Assembly (NCBI RefSeq): GCF_964204645.1
Contig: NC_134027.1
Location: 6,976,485-7,040,484, forward strand
DNA from: Tubulanus polymorphus
Lineage: Eukaryota; Animalia; Nemertea
Direction: 5' to 3'
DNA: 64,000 nt
Of this stretch, positions 26,901-39,400 are shown piece by piece (the first letter of the stretch is position 1; every line of letters begins with the position of its first letter). The position numbers and the translations under genes were made by a program. Under the pieces are notes generated by a model. It was not told the origin of the DNA and searched no databases. It worked only from the letters and a program-made list of their open reading frames with translations.

Positions 26901-27855
26901 ATTGAGTACTTTGTTTTTCATGCACCGCGTGTTGTTATGTCGACTGGCTTATGTCGACAAGCAACGCGACGCCTACCGATGCAACTGGGTTTAGCGCCGA
27001 TTAGCGGCAACTAGCGGCCTACGAGAGGCCACCAGTTGCTGCTCTATCGGTTCGACATATGCCGGCTTGCGACGGCAACCCGACGCCTTACCGACTCGTC
27101 ACAAGCCGTATCCGGCTAGTTGCCCATGTTCTACTCTGGCCTACGGTAGGCGGACAGTTGCTTTCGATCGCAACCGACATAAGCTCAGCTGCGACGCGAT
27201 GGAACTGAGCGCAGGGGTTTCAGCCAATAAGAGACCGCATATACATAGTACAAATTATGACCGCAAGTTAGTCATAAGCTTTCAAATTCAAGTTGTTCAA
27301 AACGTAAACCAAACCTTCAGCACGGCAGATGAAGATCTATAAACTAAATTTGTAGAATTATGGTGTGAGCGGCCATCTTTATATGATGTTGCTAGCACAT
27401 TGTATTCAAAACAGAATCAGCAAGATAAAGACCTTAAAGGAATACTTTTCTAATAGAAATAGATTTCCCAAGAAGTCTATAAATATACCACTTTCACTGT
27501 CCGAACATTGTCATCACTAGCTTCATCAACCGAGTCCTCACTAGAGACACATTTCCAAACTATTCATCACATTTAATTCAATTTTACAGAAGGAAAAGAA
27601 ACCGCTGTTAAGTACAACTGTAAGTTCATTGAAACATCAGCCGTGTTGAACCATCAGATCGACGATCTACTGGTCGGAATCCTTAAACAGATTCGTCTAG
27701 CACCAAAACGTGAAGAACTAAAGCAGAAGAAAAGAGCTTCGCGACGTTCGAAACGGAAAGAAAACTGTGTGAATAAAGCGGCTCGTGGATTCTTCGATAA
27801 ACTATTCCGGAAAGACTCTGTTTCCAAATCGTGTGATAATCTCCTAGTGTTGTGA
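11934..27855 (+). CDS. RGK-family small GTPase (Rad/Gem/Rem-like)
   Basis: Exons 11934-12705, 25988-26073, 26283-26466, 27590-27855 join in frame. Motifs RVRSF..TSKGIVNRGDS, YRVIILGAGGVGKT, VSVLLDGEES, ILVGNKSD.VRSR, CKFIETSA and the RGK-specific C-terminus SKSCDNLLVL. Confidence 0.93.
16216..16236. mobile_element. 21-bp palindrome with 7-bp TSD; probable transposon excision footprint
   Basis: gttctac | cagggaggt ggg acctccctg | gttctac. Confidence 0.55.
18220..18397. mobile_element. Tc1/mariner-pogo-type MITE, 178 bp, TA TSD
   Basis: ta|cagtgaacccccgatataccgccc ... gggcggtatatcgggagttgactg|ta: 24-bp TIR with 2 mismatches and internal taccgcc repeats. Confidence 0.88.
19846..20480 (-). mobile_element. 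Decayed 3' end of a non-LTR retrotransposon (L2/CR1-group-like)
   Basis: The minus strand reads KLMIEKGRHLGLSRENRLCDTRNCVEDELH / frameshift / ILTCSKFNNLRTK ... ELVNLGKYV, an ORF2 C-terminal zinc-knuckle pattern. It is followed by AATAAA and a short-repeat tail (aacttgtaactagtaacttgt). The 5' boundary is approximate. Confidence 0.78.
24457..24720. mobile_element. Old degenerate fold-back element/MITE
   Basis: catgcaaactaaggcgacaaaatgccaaaatg (~24494) versus the reverse complement of ~24648-24680 (tatacaaattaaggaaacaaaacaccaaaatg). Similarity extends outward to atggtggctggttcag / atggtgggtgattcgg. Confidence 0.55.
27316..27453 (+). pseudogene. Decayed MADF (Myb/SANT-like) domain fragment, probably a PIF/Harbinger remnant, in RGK intron 3
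   Basis: Reads FSTADEDL*TKFVELWCERPSLYDVASTLYSKQNQQDKDLKGI, resembling the MADF start (LIELW.ERP.LYD). Has an in-frame stop; a GC-richer block lies upstream (~26930-27220). Confidence 0.55.
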
Positions 27856-29499
27856 TCGCATTCTATATAACCCCGCTAATAAATAAAGCAAATATATCTA
27901 TGTGCTTGTGTGTACATAGATTTCTCTGGCTGTACCTTATATATGATTAGTATATATACCAGGTTTTAATTAACAGATGAATTGATGATTGAGAAAGATG
28001 ATGTCATAAAACATTGGTTTTCTTGTTCATTCAAATATTATACATTGTATCCTGCCATTTTGTGTTTTGTTGATGAGTAGTACATGTGCATGTTTTATGT
28101 GAAATCACCATGCATGTTTAAATACGAATGTTATATGACATGCATGCAAGCTACTTCTGTTGCCCAGGTATAATCATAAGTTATAAACCGACGCAACGGG
28201 AAATTCAGCCATATGGTCGAATGAAGCAGCCTGTATGTAAATCATATACACTTTGTATGCGAGTTTTAAAATGACAAATAGCAAATAAGTATATGTTTAT
28301 GTACAGCTTATTACACCCATTTTTCAGATGGCCCAAAGAAACATTGAGATTCTACTAGAAACTGGTCCCTGTTATTTACCCCTGATTAAATGATTCTCCT
28401 CGTGCGTGAATTTAGCGCATTCGCATAGATAAGAAGTAGATTTTACGGTGGGATGAAATTAAATTATACTGTTGAAGCATTATTGTAAATACGTATACTT
28501 ATATATGTAAATTTACATCGTTTTTATGGCTGGATGGGAAACATATTTGAATTGTTATCAGAATTTGTATCATTTACAACAACTTGCTTTGTAAAAAATA
28601 CGATATATTTGGAAATAAATGAATATCATTGAAGTGCTTTAATTACGACTTGTCAATAATCGCTGACTTCGGAGTGTTCCTAAATCCAGCGATTCAACAG
28701 CTACTACTTAAGAGATTCCACGACTATTTCCAGTTCCATATTCAAAATACGTCCCCAATCTTGCACCCAGGTGCTGGAGAAGAGGTTTGAACCTGCCTCA
28801 ATTTTCATTAAAGTACTACAACATTCAATCGGTCGTACAGCGTTTTGATGTCCCACAGAGAAACGGAATTATGCCACAAAAATGACAGGATAAGAAACAA
28901 ATTTGAGTACAGTACCAAACAAAGTTCGAATAGATTCAAGCCTTCATATATTTCATTAACAATTCTATATTGAAAGTTAAACATTAGGCTACATATGATA
29001 TATTTACAGAACCTTGAAGTGAAAATAACTTAAATTGCTCTCTTATGGTTTGTGGTGTGCATTTATATATAGAGAATTAACTCCTTTCAAGAAAATGAAC
29101 ACGAAATAATAACAATAATGCTGCGTCCCTAGACAACTTGGAGAGGGATCGAATTCCTTCAGAAAAAAACTCTTCCAACAAAAAATGATTGTTTTCAATA
29201 ACAATCGGACCAAGAGTAGTCACCACTAACAACACCTATGTGTATTTATAAAAGAAACCAATTACTTCGATAAACCATCTCTTCGATAAACCATCTCTTC
29301 GCAACAGTATGTATTCTTGACAGAAAACCCACAGAAATCGTGCTTTATTAACTCTCTCTATTCATTAATGAGAAAAATAATCAAATATTGCCGGTATGTG
29401 GATCGATAAATGAATAATTGGAAAGATTACGCCAGACTCTTTCACCTATCGATAAAATCGAATTGCAGACGGAGTAAATCTCCGGCAAGTCATTCAACG

Positions 29500-30121
29500 A
29501 CATAAAAATCTTAAGATTTCCTTCTTCATTTGAAATGAGACTATTTGTTACCGTTGTTGAAATGATACTTAACATGCAAAATCACAGTTATTAGAAGGAC
29601 CAACAAATTTCAGAAATCGATGTGCAATACAATTTTCACTCACTACTTTAGTCAACCTTCTGAGTATTGCAGAACGGAGCTTCGTCAAAAGTCCTAGGTA
29701 AGTTATTTCGGATACTTGTATAATACATGTTGCACAATCATTTTAAAAAATTCAGTTGATCCTATTTATTTTTCGTACATGTATTTATATTATTTTTTTG
29801 CTCAATCAACATGAGACATACAAATCTTAAGATTTCCTTCTTCATTTGAAATGAGACTATTTGTTACCGTTGTACTTTTAACATGCATACATCACAGTTA
29901 TTAGAAGGACCAACAAATTTCAGAAATCGATGTGCAATACAATTTTCACTCACTACTTTAGTCAACCTTCTGAGTATTGCAGAACGGAGCTTCGTCAAAA
30001 GTCCTAGGTTAGTTATTTCGGATACTTGTATAATACATGTTGCACAATTTTTTAAAAAAATTCAGTTGATCCTATTTATTTTTCGTACATGTATTTATAT
30101 TATTTTTTTGCTCAATCAACA
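29500..30121. repeat. ~310-bp tandem duplication downstream of CHMP4
   Basis: aaatcttaagatttccttcttcatttgaaatgagac...ttgctcaatcaaca at ~29506-29811 and ~29822-30121, with few substitutions and a small indel. Confidence 0.9.
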
Positions 30122-30609
30122 CCATAAGTGAATCTCATGCATATGAGACAACTGATAACAAGAAGATTGCAAAACCTCAAATGTAGATGGATTATATCTG
30201 CTGACATCAACAATTTCTTCGAGAATTCTATGATTGGACTTAGATAAAAACATTCCTTTAGTAATTTTGGCCCTCTATTGTATTTATCATCAATGCAGTA
30301 CCGGTATCATCATTCTGACATGTATTATATCATGCATACCCATGAAAAACATGACCTTAATCAAACCACCTTAATCAACTCATTTGTACTTCAATCTACA
30401 TGTACCGGAACTACTTTACAGGATAATACAAAAACCATTTAAGGTGACTATGATATTTCGATCATCTTAAGCTGTTATCCAAAATAATTCCATAATGCTT
30501 TCATGCATTAATGTATTTGATAAGCGTAATGCAATTGTCACAATGAATAAATCTACAGATGGTAAGTTGAGGCAATTCAGTGGCAAAATGATGTCTCATC
30601 CTTGATCAA

Positions 30610-32504
30610 TTATGAGGCCCAAGCTTCTAATTCTCTCAGGTCATCATCCTCAGCTTTAGCTGTAAAAGAAATGAAATAGTTATGGTTTAGAATATGAAAA
30701 TCCTTTGAGTTCCACAGTTGTAGCTCGGAGTCGAGTCTTGCGTTTAATTGAAAATGTACATATTTAGACTCTAGAGTAAAATCAGCGGAACCAGTATGTG
30801 GAACAACTGAGGAACCAGATGCAATGTCTGTAAATTACTAAGAAGTACAAAAACATTCAAATTAAATAGGAAAAGACACTAGTGTTTGAAAAAACTACAT
30901 ACAGAAAGATCCTGGGTGAAACTACATGAACTATGCAAATGAAAAATCCACATACCTTTACTAGGTACTGGTATATCACTACTCGGGATAGCGGGTAACT
31001 CATCAACATCCACTGTTCCACCAACATTCAATAACTGCTCATCAAGTTCCTCTTGTTCTAATTCTTCAAGTTCTGCATTCAATTCATCCTGCATAAAAGA
31101 TGAAAGTACATACACACATTCGTTTGAAAGAAATTGCAGAAATAATCATGAACAATATTAATGGGGTCCAATATACAATATAAACTAGGGGTCCACGGAC
31201 ACCATGCCCACTTGGGTCCCAAGGGAAGTGGTTTGAAATGCTCAACAATCTGACAACTTTAATATTCAAGACCCCCTGGTGAACATATGCTAAAATCAAG
31301 GTCCTTGAAACTCAACACAATCAAGGAACATGTCATGAGCTACAAATTTGTGATTGATTATGGTAACAAAATATGCCTAGGTACCAATATAATGTGGAAA
31401 TATGAAGTTATTGCGCTATTCAACGCCCCTGGTGACCATATACAAAAACCAATGGGCACCAAAAAAGGTCACATCCAATTCACCTAATTCTTTTTTTATA
31501 CTGATGGGCCATGGGGGATACAAACATATATGAAAGGTCAAGGTAATAGATTGAATTTCCCGCTGAAAATTTCAAATATGTGTAAAATGTGCTGATTTCA
31601 GCGAACAAAAATGGCCACCAGTCGGCCTTTCATGACTCTTGACTGGGCTAGTTTTTGGGCTGAAGATACATTACACACCTCATCCAGGTCCATATCAAAT
31701 CCAGCAGGTGTAGAAATTGCATTTGAAATTTCTTGTGATAATTCATGCTGATCTTGTATGTCATCCATAACGTCTTGAACTTTGTCTATGTCCCTAGAAA
31801 ACAAAAAATGTATGCAATGAATTTCATCTTCAAGCTATTCAAATTCTGAATAATCTAAACTGAGTCGAACTTACAAGCCTTGATGAGCCCCTTTCAAAGC
31901 TTGCGCAGCATAATCCATAGCCTTAAACACCTCAGTATTCGTACTAGCATTTTCTAGGCCTTCTCTTTGGAATTCAATAGTTGAAAGAGTACCATCGATC
32001 TGCGTTAACTGTTTATCAAAACGGTGTTTTTTCTTCAATGCATTCAGAGCAACTAAGATAAGAAACAAAAATCTTTTTATGAATTCTAAATGAATTAAAG
32101 TAAGATTTGCATGCCCATGCATAGTGCAGTTTAACTGCAGTTTACTGTTTAGGTCACCTTTCTACTGTGTGGCGCTAGTGAGAACCATAAGTTAGATACC
32201 GTACATAACCATTAGGGACATCTAAACTGCAAATTCTCCGCCATAGCCTATGCAATGCCAGTCTACCTACTATTAGACCATAGTGCCTAGGCTACTACTT
32301 CTAAACTATCTACCTACCTCGTTTGTTTGTACGGGCATTCTTTTTCGCAACAGCATTCTGTTCATTTATTTTCTTCTCTAAAAATTCTGACTTTTTTGCC
32401 AACATTTCTTCAATTTCTCTGAGCCTCTGAATTGCTTCTTGAGGACTGGGGCCCTTTCCATCTTTCTTTCCAGTCCCGAAGAGTTTTTGAACGAGTTTGC
32501 TCAT
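30610..32504 (-). CDS. CHMP4: Charged multivesicular body protein 4 (ESCRT-III Snf7/Shrub)
   Basis: Exons 32504-32318, 32052-31875, 31793-31679, 31088-30956, 30659-30610. PSPQEAIQRLRE.EEML.KK, QIDGTLSTIEFQRE.LENA.TN.EV and C-terminal DDDLRELEAWAS. Confidence 0.96.
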
Positions 32505-33495
32505 TTTCAGTTTTGTGTCGTGACGGATGTTGGCTGTTGCTGTTGTTAGCTGCTGGATCCTTCAATTCGATTATTCTTTGTTTATCGAATAGGTTAATTC
32601 GGCAAGTAAAGGTTATGTTAGAAAGATCAATGACTCAGAATCACGAACAAATCGCGATGACAAAGTAGTTGAAAAGGCCAAAAGTAAAAAGTACAATTCT
32701 CGATTTTTCACTTCCTGGTTCTCGCGCCAGCTAGCGGACGCTTCTCACGTTGAATTGAATTGGTAGTACTAATTATCGAAAAATACCGTTCTGGTAATTT
32801 ATCACAGAGCGGGCTTTGCGAGCGGTCACCCTTGACGTGGTCCTGGATTGGCAGGAAGTTGCATCCAACGGACTCACTGGATTTTGCTGTCTTATAATGA
32901 CACCACTCACCAGATATCAGTGAAAGTCATTCTACAATCGCCAGATCGGGGCAATTGAGTCTCAGACTCAAGTGAGAGTCTCACATCCGCGAACCACACT
33001 AAATTGCGAGATATGCCGCTTGATATCTTAATCAATTTTGTAAGATGAATATTCATCGATCCAACCATCACTCGTTTACAGTTCTATCAACTAGAATCAA
33101 CAACGGACCTAAACGAAAAATTCATGAAAATTAAGTGTGATCGATGTATAGAACATTTCGCACCTTTCGACAATACCTTTTGACATATTTTTAGGAGCAC
33201 CGGTCACACTAGCAATGTTTGATGAAACGAGATTTTCATAAAATCGGGCCCAGAATAAGCTAATTACTTCGCACTAGGAACAGTTACGTTGGTACACCAA
33301 TATCAAGCTCCGTTGCGACGCGTGCGCAACAGCGACTAGCGACAGAAAGTGGATTATGTGCCGCCCGCTTCAATCAATATACACCATTGCTACGGTAACA
33401 TAGACAGCGAACGAACACACCACAACATCATCAGTATCAACATCAGTCTCCGATCGAGACGCTCTAGAATCAGATTCCGAAAACTGACCGAAATA

Positions 33496-36400
33496 ATGCG
33501 GTCCTATTTCGCCAGCATCCTTGGTATCCTGGTGATTGCCGTTATTTTTTCACAAGCACTAGGACATGCACTCAAGGTAAGTAATGCTTTTTATCGTCGT
33601 CGATTCCTATCACAAGATTTTCCGATTTTATAAGTAATTTGCATCTAATAGTAAGTCTATAGTTTTGGCGGGTAAGTTATTAATGTAGTTAGAACCACAG
33701 CGTCAAAACAACGAAAACATACTCGTAAATCCGACAGAATTAAGTTCAATCGAAACACTAGTTTGAGATGTATTTGAGAACTAAGCGGCAAATATAATGA
33801 AACGTAGAAAACGAATCTTCAACTAGTCAAATTATTTCATTCCTTTACATTATGTAGCATGTTTAGAAAAATCATGCTAAAAATATCGCGATTCATTCAC
33901 TTGTATCGAATACATTTTAACTAAAATTCATGGTTTCCATTTCGATTATGATAATTTGTATTCTTTTGCGCAGTTTGAAAATGATTATTTCACCAGCCTT
34001 TCGATCGTTCAATCCGGCAACATATTTACCACGCATCATTGGCCGTTCACACTAGTAGGCCAGCACGGGATGCGATATTTGGCGAAACACCAGTCACAGT
34101 CACCTGATTATCTATCTAACCGCATCAAATAGTGGAACAGTGATTTTCAATGGGATCCACAGCTGTATCTATTATCATATGTTAACAAATTCAGACGACA
34201 TCCCCACAAATATAGATTGATTAAATGATAACAGCCCCGAAAGATGAAGTCTGATCCATGAAACTGGCCCCAAGATCTATCCAAATTACTTGTTCTAAAG
34301 TAATGCCTTTTGACCATTATAAAATACCCCATGCGCACGCACGCACACATTTTTATTCGTGATATTCCGATTATTTTTGATCAAATTTCTAAAATTACTT
34401 TTGACACTTGAATTTATACGTATCTAGCCAACAGTTACAGCGAATACTGCGAATAATATATTATACTTAATGGGCTCTGTGTACGAAAAACAGTTATTTT
34501 TCACTATCGACTCTTCAGCTAACGTTTGGTTTTGAAGTAGCGCACATCTAATAATAATCACCATCATCAATTCTGGCTCGTAATGCAAGTGCATTTAAAA
34601 AATTCTCGCCGCGGCATCGTTTGAATAATATCACGTCAATTTTGCCTCGTTATTCGGCGTCAGAAAATGCATGTTGGTTATGGGTATGTACGAGGGTTGT
34701 CATGTTTATGCTACATGAAAACAAGCCAGACTTGCTTCTGAGTGGGGAACAACCCTGTGGGATTCTCGACGAATTAAATATTTACTGACGCGGGATGGTT
34801 TGTTCCCCTAGGTTCATAATTTAGTAACGCTTTTTAGACAACTTTGAGTATTACTAATGATGATTGTAATTTGTATCCGTTAGTTTATATTGAAAACGCC
34901 AGCAAAAATTTCAATCCCAATAGTCACAACTACGCGCACGAAGCCATAGAGGTGACGACGCACTTCAGAAAAAGTATTTCTCAATTTGAAATATTAAACA
35001 TACTTTCGCCGAAACAATATAAACGTTTTACCACGATTAGGACAATCTGTATTAATCACCATTTCGACCATAAAAAAGTGATTGCAGTACAAATATAATT
35101 TTTATCACCGACCAATTACTGTTATAAAGTGACTGTTATATATGTTAGCAATTGAATTTTATTTATTAAATTGAATCTTATTTACATTATACAAGTTATT
35201 ATACATACATTCAATGCTACACACAATATATAAATTATACAAGATTATATAATAAATGATGTAATAATATAACCGGCAGTATAATGAAGGACACAGTACA
35301 AACCTAGATGCTGTGCCCCAGCAAGCAGGAGGTACTTTGCCCTAACGAACAGAATGAATCGATGACATGGAGGTGAAATGAATTGAATACGATTCAATAT
35401 CCATCAGTCATCAAAGGCGCTGCTATGAAAAAAAAGTTGAATCCCTGGTGACCGGTTAAAGAAAATAATACGAAAAATTATTTGATTAAGTGATTTTAGA
35501 TTCTATATCAAAGGATTTTACGTGAATAAATGACTAATTTCGTAAAATTCCACACGTGTACGAGTGAAGTAATTTTAATGTCAACAGGATTTACCCTATG
35601 TATCCAACAGACAGGATCTATACGCAGTTTTGCCAAACTAATCCCCACTATATTTCACTGCGAACACCTGCAGCTCCTGAAATTATAGTCAGTCATCAAT
35701 GACTCATATAAATACGATTTTTACGCGCAAGTGCTTGCGCATTGTTTAAATAGCTGGCTTTTCATCAGTTAACTTCTGCCCATCAGAATCATCAGATGCT
35801 GCCCATCGGATATATATCTATATACACTCAATGACATTTTATATACATGATCTCTTGTTCTTTGCTTTTCTGTTAATTTCCTTCGTGAATTCATTATCTA
35901 CCTTTAGCCAGTTGAAATGAATACGCTAGAAATGTTATTTGAATGTAATGCGCACATGAAGCGAATTTAGCACACAAAAAAATAAATTGATCTGGGCCTC
36001 TGAAGTGTAAATGAACAAGAATTGAAAATGAATATTTGATAACCTAAGAAGGATTACCTCTACACGTATAGATTAATCAATTATACCTCACCAAAGCTAG
36101 CTATTTTAGGATTAAAACCAAGTGAATAGGTGATTAAAGGGGATATAACATATATAGAGAAATTCACATAAGTAGAATTTATTGTGCTATTCATGTAGTA
36201 CGTAATCATTTTTTTTTCTAGCAAACATTCGCATACCAATGAATATATACCGGTATCCAGTAAACGCAATTTTCCTCTCAATCTGAGGGCAACTTTTCTT
36301 ATCTGCACAATAATCTGGTCAATCGGTAGCTTTTTCGGATTCTAGTGACGCGATGGAAGCCAAATAAGATTAACGGGTTATATTGAACAATCGCATTGGC

Positions 36401-39400
36401 GATGTGGTGCAAGAGCTGTTAGCAAACAATGTCCTAATTGGATGAATACCATTTTCACTCCAAAAAAATGAGGTTACCAGCAATTTCGGTAAATCAACTG
36501 TACACAGTCTATATACGTCATTGAGCTGAGTCGAGATCTAGAGTTGTCATGCAACAACCCCCATGTATATAATATGCGACCGTAATGGTTATCTTTGATA
36601 ATACAATCAGCAATAGTGTACGGTTTGTAAGTTGATTATGTCCGTTTCTTTTTCTTCGTTCTGAAACGTTTCGAAAGTTTACGACTCGAATCTGGCGGTG
36701 CCAGGAGATCCCGGTCACTTACGCAGGCACTCGATACTATCGATCTCATGAACTGTTCGATAAAAAGTGACGACAAGGGAAGGTTCCTCTCATCTCTCGG
36801 TATATAATTGCGCAATGTTGGCATCAAGTTTGGTGAAAACGGAAGTCGTAACGGCCTGTGATGAGGACATTTGAAAAACATAATTCGCAATATTAACTCT
36901 GTATTTTCTGATTTATCTTTTATCTATAGAAAGCGTTCCCAGGGCGTGGTCGCATCACGAAGATATCATTGTATCCCTTTCGAGTTGCAGACATATCTGT
37001 GCTAGTGCATTAGTCATTGTTTTTTGGTTTATAAGGCTAGGCAGTCTCAATCGGACATATTTATATTGCGCATATATATTTTTGTCGGAGCTAATCGTAA
37101 ATTCAAAACACGACTTCCGTGGGCGACTCATGGGACCTGCGTGTTGTGAAAAGGAATACAGTTAATGACTGCGATGTCTGCGGACGCGGCCGATGATTAA
37201 TTCTAGCCGGCGCTCGGCTTCTGCTCTGTCGAAGCAAAACAGAAAAACCGCTAAAATCTCATTTTTACAATCGATAAGCTACAGCCGCAACGGTGGTTGT
37301 TATTAATTAGATTTTCCAGACGAGATAACTTGACAATAGTGTTTGATGCATTTGAAACCCATAGAGTGCATTATCCACAGAAACACATCCATATCAACTA
37401 ACACTCCAAACACAAATGGCATGTCTTTCAATGAAATTAGACATGATTCCATCAATTACATCAAATTCAAGATATCGCTATTATGTTTCTGTTGCATTCT
37501 TTCTCAAAGATTCTCCAATTTTCAATTTGGGGACCTATCTCTCTGCTAGTTGTGTGGTCTGATAGATGATAAAGTAAGTCATCTTCCAGAGAGATGTGGC
37601 ATGAAACCTTGTAAGGTGTTTTTGTGAAAATCAAGCTGCGGCCAGGTACGTCCGCTAACCTGGGAACGGCTGCGTGTGATTCGACGCTGAGAACATCGCC
37701 ACTCTATGCTGAAAGTAGAAAGGTTTATGCTGAAAGTAGAGCATAACATTTATGTTTATAAGCCTATGATAACATCGGTTTGGCTTCTAAAAGAAAACAA
37801 TCCAACATGACTTATGTTTTCTTGAATATATATTCAATTTTACATAGCACTCTAATCACTGCAGCATTGTTAGGTCGACTAAATCGCCACATGGCAATAA
37901 AGACCTCAATCAACATATTAATGGTGTTGCTCGATAACTTCACAAATGGATGTGAATACATACGATCATATATGCTAGTATCTGTCTGTCTGTGTGTCTG
38001 TCTATCCATCTATCATCGATGGCGTTGATCGTTTACGTGATCTGTCAACGCTTGATTACCAATTCTGTCTCCATATGCTAACGTTTCACTGGGACCATAG
38101 CACAGGCAATTACATCTATCCCCGCATTGACCGGTGTTGCGGGCTTATTGCGCTGTTATCGGCGGATTAATGTAATTGCCATTTGACGACCTCATCGTCG
38201 ATAATAAATGAATCTATTCAAATCGACTGCTTTTTCCTTATTTAGTGGCAGTGTTTTTACCAAGATGTAGTCAGTAATGGCATAAATTTTCACTACGTCC
38301 GTACGTATACTCCTCAAAACGAATAGACTATCGGGTTCTTTCTTTGTATCCAACTCAATAGTTATTGGGCATTTAAAAAATTAGTTTACCTACTTCAGCT
38401 CTAGCATCAGTATCAACTGTTTCGATGCACGGAAAGTGTCCTCAGCTGGGAACGGACACACGTGCTTGCCGACTGATGAATGATATTGACTAATTACGAT
38501 CCAGTCGTCTGAGTCGTGAGCACTTCCTGCCTTTTCCAATCTTGTCAAAGATCGGGATATGCAAGCAGTTCTACGACATGGAGTAATTGTTCTGTCAGTA
38601 TGAATGCTGCTGTTATGCCCGATATTCAGGAAATGTATATTTTTAATTTGTTTTAAGAATTCATAGGATTAGTTGATGTTGACAGTGCTGTCCCAGTCAG
38701 ACTTTTACTTCAATAACAATCGAAAAAAATCCGCCAGATGAGATTTTTTTAAACATATTAACATAGTTGCTAAGTAACAGTTTATTTGCATGCTGAGTCA
38801 TGCGTCTGAGACGAATATTGTATGAAATAAATCAGCAGCATTCTGCAACAAACTGAGCATCTAATGAATAGCCCGAGTACTTCATAGTCAATAAAATGAT
38901 AATATATCATGACGCTTTACGTTTAAGAGCCCCAAGAAGCCATCACAAAATGTTCATCTCTTCGCATGTCGTATAATTGTATAATGGATTGGATTTCATC
39001 ATGGGTTTTTTGTATTGCTCGGGAGCTCGTTTCATGCCTCAACGTAGGCTTAACAATGTACGCACTTCACAGCAATCATTGCGGGTAGTCGGATCTGAGG
39101 TAAATAAAATGATTTTCGATATCACCACAAAAATTGCTATGTAAGTAAAAGACAGACACAGATGAAATTTCAAGTTCTTCCCCATGTCTGGTGTACAGTT
39201 CCGTTCTAGGGTGAGTCTCCCATTTCTTTGTCATCCATTAAAACTGCATTGTCCACGACAGGTTCTTAATTACGACGTCGCTTTTTTGTTCAGCGCTAAG
39301 GCAGTCAGCACTGACCTTTTATCCCAGTCCGTCACTTTCGCGTGATGACCAATATGACGCGCTATGACGTCACATGCTCACGTGTGGTATGCCTCCACGC

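Noticed and set aside
31182-31625. Possible Helentron-type non-autonomous element in a CHMP4 intron
   Set aside because: Composition is suggestive, but I could not define termini or find a second copy.
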